NCBI GenBank assembly: GCA_963836075.1
Contig: CAWIIB010000009.1
Span: 1,600,001 to 1,664,000, forward strand
DNA from: an uncultured Acidobacteriota bacterium
GTDB lineage: Bacteria; Acidobacteriota; JAQAZP01
Direction of reading: 5' to 3'
DNA length: 64,000 nt
Numbering within the stretch: position 1 is the first letter of the stretch; every line of letters begins with the position of its first letter. Shown in pieces: positions 1 to 7,718 of the stretch. The translations under genes and the position numbers were made by a program. Below the pieces are notes generated by a model, which ran no database searches, was not told the DNA's origin, and worked only from the letters and a program-made list of their open reading frames with translations.

Positions 1-1055
1 GCCGGGTGCGGCTCTTCAGCACCGCCGGCGAGCACGTGCGTGACGTGGAGCTGCCCGGCCTGGGGTCGGTTGGCGGGTTTTTCGGCCGGCGGAGTGATAC
101 CGAAACCTTCTACCGCTTCTCCAGCTTCAATATGCCGCCGACCATTTACCGTTACGACCTGGCCAGCGGCAAGAGCGCGCTGTTCCGCCGGGCCCAGACC
201 TCCTTTGACCCCGCTCAGTTCGAAGTGAGCCAGGTGTTCTACGCCTCCAAGGACGGCACCAGGGTGCCGATGTTCCTGGCCCACAGGAAGGGGCTGAAGA
301 AGGACGGGTCGAACCCCGTGCTGCTATACGGCTACGGCGGTTTCAACGCATCCATGACTCCGTCGTTCTCGGCCGCGAAAATCGCCTGGATGGAGATGGG
401 CGGCATTTTCGCCCTGGCCAACATCCGCGGCGGCGGCGAGTATGGCCGGGAGTGGCACGAGGGGGCCACCAAGCTGAAGCGGCAGAACGCCTTCGACGAT
501 TTCATCGCCGCTGCGGAGTGGCTGATCGATGAGCGCTACACCCGTACGGAAAAACTGGCGGTGATGGGCGGCAGCAACGGGGGGCTGCTGGTGGGGGCGG
601 TGATGACCCAGCGGCCGGACCTCTTCGGCGCCTGCCTGCCCGAGGTGGGGGTGATGGACATGCTCCGTTTCCACAAGTTCACCGCCGGGCGCTACTGGAC
701 CGACGATTTCGGGTCGTCAGACGACCCGGAGCAGTTCAAGGCGCTGCTGGCCTACTCCCCCTATCACAACATCAAGGACGGCACCGCCTACCCGCCCACC
801 CTGGTCACCACCGCCGACACCGACGACCGGGTGGTGCCGGGGCACTCGTTCAAATTCACCGCCGCCATGCAGCGGGCCCAGGACGGCCCGGCGCCGGTGC
901 TGATCCGCATCGAGACCCGGGCCGGCCACGGCGGGGGCAAGCCCACGGACAAGGCCATCGAGGAGGTGACCGACCAGTGGTCCTTCCTCGCGGCCATCCT
1001 GGGGATGGAGGTGCCGCCGGCCTGGGGCAAACATGTCATCCGCGTCCAGGAGTAG
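1..1055 (+). CDS. Prolyl oligopeptidase (S9A), 5' end outside the window
   Basis: GGSNGGLL nucleophile motif, DDRV Asp, AGHGGG His, YGYGGF and NIRGGGEYG signatures. Confidence 0.95.
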   Translation, partial: RVRLFSTAGEHVRDVELPGLGSVGGFFGRRSDTETFYRFSSFNMPPTIYRYDLASGKSALFRRAQTSFDPAQFEVSQVFYASKDGTRVPMFLAHRKGLKKDGSNPVLLYGYGGFNASMTPSFSAAKIAWMEMGGIFALANIRGGGEYGREWHEGATKLKRQNAFDDFIAAAEWLIDERYTRTEKLAVMGGSNGGLLVGAVMTQRPDLFGACLPEVGVMDMLRFHKFTAGRYWTDDFGSSDDPEQFKALLAYSPYHNIKDGTAYPPTLVTTADTDDRVVPGHSFKFTAAMQRAQDGPAPVLIRIETRAGHGGGKPTDKAIEEVTDQWSFLAAILGMEVPPAWGKHVIRVQE

Positions 1056-1061
1056 AGGTCG

Positions 1062-1985
1062 ATGGCGAGGCGGGCAGCACCACTGCTGGTGATTCTGGCC
1101 GCGGGCCGCGGCAGTCGCTTCGGGGGCCTGAAGCAGCTGGAACCGGTGGGCCCCGCGGGCGAGGCCATCCTGGACTACACGGTGTACGATGCCCTGCGGG
1201 CCGGGTTCGGCGGGGCAGTCCTGGTGGTGAGCGAGGAAGCGGAGGATCGCCTGCGGGCAGCCGCCGGCGAGCGGTTCGGGCGGCACCTGCCGGTGGATTT
1301 CGTCCGCCAGGGGCTCGACGACCTGCCTGGGGGTTGTACGCTGTCCCCCGGCAGGGTCAAGCCCTGGGGCACCGGCCAGGCGGTGCTGGCGTCCCGGGAA
1401 CTGGTGGACCGGCCCTTCGCGGTGGTCAATGCCGACGACTTTTACGGCGCGGGAGCCCTGGAATCGCTGGGCCGATTTCTCGCCGGCCCCCTGCCTGCCG
1501 GGCCGCCGGTCTACGCCATGGTGGGCTACGCCCTGGGATCCACGCTGCCCGACGGCGGAGGCAGCGTCTCCCGGGCACTGTGCCGCTGCGCTGACAACGG
1601 CCTGCTGGAGGAGATCGAGGAGATTCCTGCAATTGCCAGGTCGGGTGACGGCGGGGTGTACCAAGACGCCGGGGGACGCCGGTGCCTGGTGGGTGGAGAA
1701 GAGCTGGTGTCGATGAACATCTGGGGTTTCACCCCCGAGGTCTTCCCCCAGTTGAACGGAGCGTTCGCCCGTTTTCTGGAGACCAGCGGAGACTCCGCCG
1801 GGGACGAGTTCTATCTCTCCAACGAGGTCAGCGGACTGATCGCCGAAGGTGCGGCACGGGTGAAAATCCTCGGGGGCGCCGGCCGCTGGTGCGGGATCAC
1901 CAATCCTGAGGACCGGGACCGGGTGGCCGGGATCCTGGGCCGCCTGACCGATCAGGGGGCGTACCCCCGGGAGCTCTGGAGATGA
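1062..1985 (+). CDS. Sugar-phosphate nucleotidyltransferase (NTP_transferase family)
   Basis: LAAGRGSRFGGLKQ N-terminal motif, KPWGTG, NADDFYG; ATGA overlap with the kinase. Confidence 0.88.
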   Translation: MARRAAPLLVILAAGRGSRFGGLKQLEPVGPAGEAILDYTVYDALRAGFGGAVLVVSEEAEDRLRAAAGERFGRHLPVDFVRQGLDDLPGGCTLSPGRVKPWGTGQAVLASRELVDRPFAVVNADDFYGAGALESLGRFLAGPLPAGPPVYAMVGYALGSTLPDGGGSVSRALCRCADNGLLEEIEEIPAIARSGDGGVYQDAGGRRCLVGGEELVSMNIWGFTPEVFPQLNGAFARFLETSGDSAGDEFYLSNEVSGLIAEGAARVKILGGAGRWCGITNPEDRDRVAGILGRLTDQGAYPRELWR

Positions 1986-3085
1986 ACATGGAGTCGGATG
2001 TCCGGGAGATCGCCGCCCGCTTCGCCCTGCAAGGCGAGATCGAAACCGTGGAGCCGCATGCCGGCGGGCACATCAACGACTCTTTCCGGCTCACCGTGCG
2101 CCGCCCGGACGGAACGTCGCGCTACCTGCTGCAGCGGCTCAACAGCAGCGTTTTTGCCGACCAGGCACTGGTGATGGACAATATCCGCCGGGTCACCACC
2201 CACCTGGCCCGGTCTCTGGAAGCGGAAGAAGCGGCCGATGCCGGCCGTCGTGTGCTGTCCCTGGTCCAGGCACGGGACGGGGCGCCGTTCATCCGCGATG
2301 GAGAGGGGGATTGCTGGCGGCTTTACTCCTTTATCCCGGGAACCCGTACCATCCTTGCGGTCACCATGCCGGCCGAGGCGGAAGCAGGGGGCCGGGCCTT
2401 CGGCGAGTTCCAGCGGCGTTTGGCCGATCTGCCCGGGCCGCGGCTGGGGGAGACCATCGCCGGCTTCCACGACACCCCCCGGCGATTCGCCGACCTCCAG
2501 CGGGCCGTGGAAGCTGATCTCTGTGGCCGTGCCGGGGAAACCCGGGCGGAGCTCGACTATGCCATGGGGCAGCGTGCCGCGGCACCGGTACTGCTGGAGG
2601 CGCTGCGGACGGACCTCCTCCCCGAGCGCGCGGTACACAACGACGCCAAGATCAGCAACGTGCTCCTCGACCGCTGGAGCGGTGCGGGGATCTGCGTGGT
2701 GGACCTGGACACGGTGATGCCCGGGACGGCGCTGTTTGATTTCGGTGACATGGTGCGCACCATGACCAGCTACGCGGCTGAAGACGAGGCCGATCCGGCC
2801 GGGGGTGGGGTGGACCTCGAACTGTTCGAGTCGCTCGCCGGCGGGTACCTGGCGGAAATGGGCCCGTTGCTGACGACTGAAGAACGGGCGCTGCTGGTCA
2901 CTTCCGGCCGGCTGATCACGCTGGAGATCGGTATCCGCTTCCTCACCGACTACCTCTGTGGCGACACCTACTTCCGCACAAACCGGCCGGACCACAACCT
3001 GCTGCGCTGCCGGGCCCAGTTCGCCCACCACCGCTCGCTGGTCCGCGCCGCCCCGGAGTTGGAGCGCATCGTCAGCCGCTGTTGA
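1982..3085 (+). CDS. APH-family phosphotransferase, N-acetylhexosamine 1-kinase-like
   Basis: GHINDS, HNDAKISNVLLD Brenner motif, DLDTVMPG, RFLTDYLxGDxYF. Confidence 0.88.
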   Translation: MNMESDVREIAARFALQGEIETVEPHAGGHINDSFRLTVRRPDGTSRYLLQRLNSSVFADQALVMDNIRRVTTHLARSLEAEEAADAGRRVLSLVQARDGAPFIRDGEGDCWRLYSFIPGTRTILAVTMPAEAEAGGRAFGEFQRRLADLPGPRLGETIAGFHDTPRRFADLQRAVEADLCGRAGETRAELDYAMGQRAAAPVLLEALRTDLLPERAVHNDAKISNVLLDRWSGAGICVVDLDTVMPGTALFDFGDMVRTMTSYAAEDEADPAGGGVDLELFESLAGGYLAEMGPLLTTEERALLVTSGRLITLEIGIRFLTDYLCGDTYFRTNRPDHNLLRCRAQFAHHRSLVRAAPELERIVSRC

Positions 3086-3092
3086 TCCCCTT

Positions 3093-3116
3093 GTCATTGC
3101 GAAGCGAAGCAATCTC
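3093..3116. repeat. REP-like palindromic unit GTCATTGCGAAGCGAAGCAATCTC
   Basis: ATTGC...GCAAT hairpin just after the kinase stop; resembles GTCATTGCGAG-type extragenic repeats; single copy here. Confidence 0.5.
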
Positions 3117-3237
3117 CCTGCTGCAACAAAATGGGGTCACCAAAAGTTGCATATTGCCGCGTTCAGCACATACTGTATGTAGTACAGAGGGAATACAAAT
3201 TTTCCAATTGACCGGAAAGATAGAAGGAGGGGCGGTC

Positions 3238-3441
3238 ATGGCCGGGAAATCGGTGCGGGAAGAGCGGGTATTCGAGTGCCAGGACGAGGGGCGCACGGCA
3301 AAACTGCTCATCGAGTGGCAGGAAAAAGACGGCAAACGGGTGCTCCGGAGCGTGAGCTGCGATCACCCGCGGCTCAGTGACATCGACAACTGGGATTGTC
3401 ACTGGACCTGCTGGGAGGCCGTGCAGAAGAGTGGCGAGTGA
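3238..3441 (+). CDS. Small 67-aa protein with four Cys, unknown function
   Basis: AGGAGG RBS before ATG 3238; AT-rich upstream region; Cys at 14, 41, 54, 58. Confidence 0.75.
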   Translation: MAGKSVREERVFECQDEGRTAKLLIEWQEKDGKRVLRSVSCDHPRLSDIDNWDCHWTCWEAVQKSGE

Positions 3442-3465
3442 CAGACCTGACCCCCATATTGTGCA

Positions 3466-5775
3466 CTAGTGGCTGAAGGCCGAAGCGGGGACCGGTTGCC
3501 GGCGGATGCCCGGACCCGCGTAGTCCAGCTGCAGGTCCTGGAAGCCCCGCCCCTGAAAATACTCGATGCGGATGGGGTGCCGGCCGGCCCGCAGGATGAT
3601 CTGGCCCCGCACCTCCGCCGTGCCGTGACGACCGTCGTTGTCCACCACCTCCAGATCCCCGATGAACAGGCGGCTGCCGTCGTCCGAGGTGAGGAAGAAG
3701 GTGTAGGTGCCGTCCTCGGGCACGCCGAGAAAACCGTCGAAGATCAGGGCGTAGTGCTGGTCCCGCGGCCGGATGTCGAGGCCCAGGTCGTCGGTTGTGC
3801 CGTTGGCTGTCGGCTGCTCTCCGGACAGGCTGTCCAACTCCTCGCGCTCACCGGTGTAACTGCTGAAGGTCAACCCCTCCTCGGCCTCTGCCGGCTCGAC
3901 CGCTTCCAGCGGCTGCTGGCGGGTGAAGCGGAACTGCGTAGCGGCGCCGGCGGTTCCATCGTCGGTGAAGGTGCGGGCGTTGACCACGGTGGTTTGGGTG
4001 AGCCGCAGCGGCGTGCTGTAGACCGGCGCTTCCAGTCCCGGGTCGCTGCCGTCCAGCGTGTAGCGCACATGCCCCTTCTCCAGCGGGCTGTCCAGCGCCA
4101 CTTGCAGCTCGTCGGTGAACACGGTTACCGCAGTGAGCGAACGGGGCGGGGGGATAAAGTAGTCGACACCCATGGCGTCCAGACGGGTGAAGTGGGTTTT
4201 CAGGCGGCGGGAGAAATCGTCCCAGTCCCGGCGGTGGGCCGGGGACCAGGTCACCTCGGCCAGGGCGGCCAGCCGCGGAAAGAGCATCTGTTCCACCCGT
4301 TCCTGGGGGATGCGCTCGGTCCAGACGTTGCCCTCGGCGCCGAGGACATGGCGTGCCTCCTCGCTGGTCAGTTCGGCCGGGGTGGGTTCGAAGCCGTAGG
4401 TCCGCCGGCAGTCGATGACCCCCATCCATCTCGGCATGCCGGGGTCGGCCAGCTGGGGGTAGTCGAAGTAGCAGTGGGTGATCGGCGAGGAGATCACGTC
4501 GTGCCCTGCCGTGGCCGCGGCCACGGCGCCCTCCATGCCGCGCCAGGACTGGACCGTGGCGTTGGGGGCCAGCCCGCCCTCCAGTATCTCGTCCCAGCCG
4601 ATGAGCCGGCGGCCCTTGCTGTTGAGAAAGGCCTCGATACGCCGGATGAACCAGCTCTGCAGCTGGTCCTCGTCGGCCAGGCCCTCGGCTTTGATCCGCG
4701 CCTGGCACTTGGGGCAGTGGCGCCAGCGCTCCTTGGGGCACTCGTCCCCGCCGATGTGGATGTACTCCGAGGGGAAGAGCTCCAGGCACTCGCCCAGCAC
4801 ATCCTCGAGAAAGCGGAACACCTCGTCGTTGCCGGCGCAGTAGACGTCCTCGTAAACGCCCCAGCGGGTGCCTACCTCGAAGGGACCGCCGGTGCAGGAG
4901 AGCTCGGGGTAGGCGGCCAGGGCGGCCAGGGCATGGCCGGGCATCTCGATCTCCGGCACCACGGTGACGTGACGGCTGCGGGCATACTCCACGATGTCCC
5001 GGATCTGCTCCCGGGTGTAGAAACCGCCGTAGCGCTCTTCGCCCTTCCCGCGCCAGGCGCCCACCGCGGTGAGCCGGGGATACTTCTCGATCTCGATGCG
5101 CCAGCCCTGGTCCTCGGTGAGGTGCCAGTGCAGCACGTTCATCTTGTGGTAGGCCAGCAGGTCGATGCAGCGCTTGACGAACTCCGGCTCCATGAAGTGG
5201 CGGCAGCAGTCGAGCAGCATGCCCCGCCAGCGGTAGCGCGGCTGATCGACGATGCGCAGGCAGGGCAGGCGCTGGCCCATCCGCACCACCAGCGAGTCCT
5301 CTCCATCAGCGGCCTCGGCCTCCAGTGGGCCCTCGGCCGGCAACAGCTGCCGGATGGTCTGCACGCCATGGAACAGGCCGTGGGCGGTGAGGGCGCGGAG
5401 GCGCACTCCCCGGGGGGTGATCTCCAGTTCGTACCCCTCCTCGCCCAGGGTGGCCGCTGCGCCGTTGGTGGTGAGCAGGATGGCGCCGTGTGTCATGTCG
5501 GGGCCCCGGGCTTCGACGATGAAGGGCCGGGGGAGGCCGTGCTCCTCCAGGCGTCCGGCGAGATAGAGAGCCGTTTCGCGCACCCCGCGGTGGCCCGGCT
5601 CCACCAGCAGGGTGGTGCCCACGGTGACGGAGAAGGACCCGGCAGCGCTCTCCACCAGGACCGGGGCGGGGACCACCGTGGGATCGGCCGGTCCCCCGGC
5701 CGAGGCGGAGACAGTGGCCAGCAGCTGGACAGTGACGATGGCGACGATAAGAAACCGGGTGATCCGTCTGTTCAT
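3466..5775 (-). CDS. Secreted GH20 beta-N-acetylhexosaminidase with chitobiase/FN3-associated and PA14 domains
   Basis: Signal peptide; RGMLLD, HWHLTEDQGWR, HIGGDE catalytic motif; RYTLDGSDP; SDDGSRL/DNDGRH PA14 motifs. Confidence 0.95.
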   Translation of the reverse strand: MNRRITRFLIVAIVTVQLLATVSASAGGPADPTVVPAPVLVESAAGSFSVTVGTTLLVEPGHRGVRETALYLAGRLEEHGLPRPFIVEARGPDMTHGAILLTTNGAAATLGEEGYELEITPRGVRLRALTAHGLFHGVQTIRQLLPAEGPLEAEAADGEDSLVVRMGQRLPCLRIVDQPRYRWRGMLLDCCRHFMEPEFVKRCIDLLAYHKMNVLHWHLTEDQGWRIEIEKYPRLTAVGAWRGKGEERYGGFYTREQIRDIVEYARSRHVTVVPEIEMPGHALAALAAYPELSCTGGPFEVGTRWGVYEDVYCAGNDEVFRFLEDVLGECLELFPSEYIHIGGDECPKERWRHCPKCQARIKAEGLADEDQLQSWFIRRIEAFLNSKGRRLIGWDEILEGGLAPNATVQSWRGMEGAVAAATAGHDVISSPITHCYFDYPQLADPGMPRWMGVIDCRRTYGFEPTPAELTSEEARHVLGAEGNVWTERIPQERVEQMLFPRLAALAEVTWSPAHRRDWDDFSRRLKTHFTRLDAMGVDYFIPPPRSLTAVTVFTDELQVALDSPLEKGHVRYTLDGSDPGLEAPVYSTPLRLTQTTVVNARTFTDDGTAGAATQFRFTRQQPLEAVEPAEAEEGLTFSSYTGEREELDSLSGEQPTANGTTDDLGLDIRPRDQHYALIFDGFLGVPEDGTYTFFLTSDDGSRLFIGDLEVVDNDGRHGTAEVRGQIILRAGRHPIRIEYFQGRGFQDLQLDYAGPGIRRQPVPASAFSH

Positions 5776-5790
5776 GACACTCCTCGAAAG

Positions 5791-7557
5791 TCAGGGCTGT
5801 TCATTCCACATCGATGACAGTAGCCGCCAGAGGCCGGCGGCGCTCGTCGCGGCCAGTGCCGCGCAGCACCATCCCTGGATTGGGCGGCCGTAGAGAAAGC
5901 TCCCCGTGCCGAAGAGAGCGGCATACACCATCAGGCAACCGAGGCTCCAGCCGAGGAAGGCCTGGGGCAGGCTGTCCGGCGATCCCTCCACCCCGGCCCC
6001 GCGGCGGACTTCACGCCAGCCCGGACCGGCAGGACGCACCAGGCGGCAGAAGCGGACCAGGGTTTCCCGACCTGCCGGCCGGGTGAGGAAAGTAACCGTA
6101 ATCCAGATGATGGTGGTGACGGCCACATTGCCGACGAGGGCCAGGTGGGACGGGATGTCCGCTCCCAGTTTTTTGGCCACGAGCAGGCCCACGGCGATGA
6201 GAAAGGAAGAGCCCATGGCCGCGATCTCGCTCCAGGCATTGATCCGCCACCAGAACCAGCGCAGCAGGTAGAGCAGCCCGGTGCCCGCACCGATGGAGAG
6301 CAGCAGCTGGAAAGCCTCCCCGGCGGTGGTGAGGAGGTAGACGCCCCCGGCGGCTACCAGCATCAGCCCGGCGGTGACCAGCCGGGAGACGCGGATGTAG
6401 TGCCGCTCGGTGGCCCGGGGCTGGATGAACCGGCGGTAGAAGTCGTGCACCAGGTAGGAGGCGCCCCAGTTGAGGTGGGTGGACATGGTGGAGACGTAGG
6501 CGGCCAGCAACGAGGCCACCAGCAGGCCCAGCAGGCCGTGGGGCAGCAGGGTGAGCATGGCCGGGTAGGCGATGTCGTTGCCCAGCAGCTGGTCGTCGAT
6601 CCCGGGCAGCGCGGCCTTGATGTCCCCCAGGGTGGGGAAGACCAGCAGCGAGGCCAGGGCGACGATGATCCAGGGCCAGGGGCGCAGCGCGTAGTGGGCG
6701 ATGTTGAACCAGAGGGTGGCGGCCATGGCGTGCCGCTCGTCCCGGGCGGCCAGCATGCGCTGGGCGATGTAGCTGCCGCCGCCCGGCTCGGAGCCGGGAT
6801 ACCAGACCGACCACCACTGGACAGCCAGCGGGATCACCAGCAGGGTGACCAGCAGCTCGGTGTTGCCGAAGTCGGGGAGCAGGCTCAGTGTTGCCGGGTC
6901 GAGACGGGTGACCAACCCGTCCAGGCCGCCCACCTCCGGCTGGCGCAGTGCATAGAAGGCCGCGGCGAACACCCCGGCCATGGCGATGGCGAACTGGATG
7001 ATGTCGGTGGCCAGCACGCCCCAGAGCCCGGAGAGGGTGGAGAAGACAATGCAGATCGCCGCACAGACCAGCACGGTCTGCCAGCGCTCCCAGCCCAGCA
7101 TCACGTTGGCGATCTTCACCGCGGCCAGGGTCACCGTGGCCATGATCACGCAGTTGAAGAGCAGGCCGAGGTAGACGGCCCGGAAGCCGCGGACAAAGGC
7201 CGCCGGCCGGCCGGAGTAGCGCAGTTCGTAGAACTCGAGGTCGGTGAGCACGCCGCAGCGTCGCCACAGACGGGCAAAGAAGAAGACCGTCATCATCCCG
7301 GTGAGCAGAAAGGCCCACCAGCTCCAGTTGGCGGCCACGCCCTGGCGGCGCACCAGGTCGGTGACCAGGTTGGGAGTGTCGGTGCTGAAGGTGGTGGCCA
7401 CCATGGAGGTGCCGATGAGCCACCAGGGGGCGGCGCGGCCGGAGACAAAGAACTCGGCCGTCCCGCGGCCGGCGCGGCGGGCAAAGAAGAGCGCCGGCGA
7501 GAAGGCGGCCACGAGGCAGACGGTGATGACGATCCAGTCCAGGGCGTTCAGTTGCAT
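5791..7557 (-). CDS. Sodium:solute symporter (SSS family)
   Basis: Many TM helices; FFVSGRxAPWW, SMVATTFSTDTP, QRMLAARDE, STMSTHLNW. Confidence 0.93.
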   Translation of the reverse strand: MQLNALDWIVITVCLVAAFSPALFFARRAGRGTAEFFVSGRAAPWWLIGTSMVATTFSTDTPNLVTDLVRRQGVAANWSWWAFLLTGMMTVFFFARLWRRCGVLTDLEFYELRYSGRPAAFVRGFRAVYLGLLFNCVIMATVTLAAVKIANVMLGWERWQTVLVCAAICIVFSTLSGLWGVLATDIIQFAIAMAGVFAAAFYALRQPEVGGLDGLVTRLDPATLSLLPDFGNTELLVTLLVIPLAVQWWSVWYPGSEPGGGSYIAQRMLAARDERHAMAATLWFNIAHYALRPWPWIIVALASLLVFPTLGDIKAALPGIDDQLLGNDIAYPAMLTLLPHGLLGLLVASLLAAYVSTMSTHLNWGASYLVHDFYRRFIQPRATERHYIRVSRLVTAGLMLVAAGGVYLLTTAGEAFQLLLSIGAGTGLLYLLRWFWWRINAWSEIAAMGSSFLIAVGLLVAKKLGADIPSHLALVGNVAVTTIIWITVTFLTRPAGRETLVRFCRLVRPAGPGWREVRRGAGVEGSPDSLPQAFLGWSLGCLMVYAALFGTGSFLYGRPIQGWCCAALAATSAAGLWRLLSSMWNEQP

Positions 7558-7718
7558 GTTCCGTACTTTCTCACGAGGTTCGTGCTTCACGCAATCTACT
7601 CCGAGGCCGGTGGAGGATCAAGCCGCCGGTATCGCCGGTTGATCCCCGTCCGGGTTGGGGCTATCCTCGATCCAGAAACGGACCGGATTCTTCGACCTCA
7701 ACCGGGGAGGGATGATCA

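Noticed and set aside
3173-3187. Possible LexA SOS box
   Set aside because: Spacing is CTGT-N7-ACAG, not the N8 of the gammaproteobacterial box; kept only as an unassigned palindrome
3469-5817. Long antisense ORFs (782 aa here; also 12173-15451, 22340-24484, 38018-39961, 43286-45211, 49539-51479)
   Set aside because: Shadows of real genes caused by high-GC codon bias; no recognisable motifs
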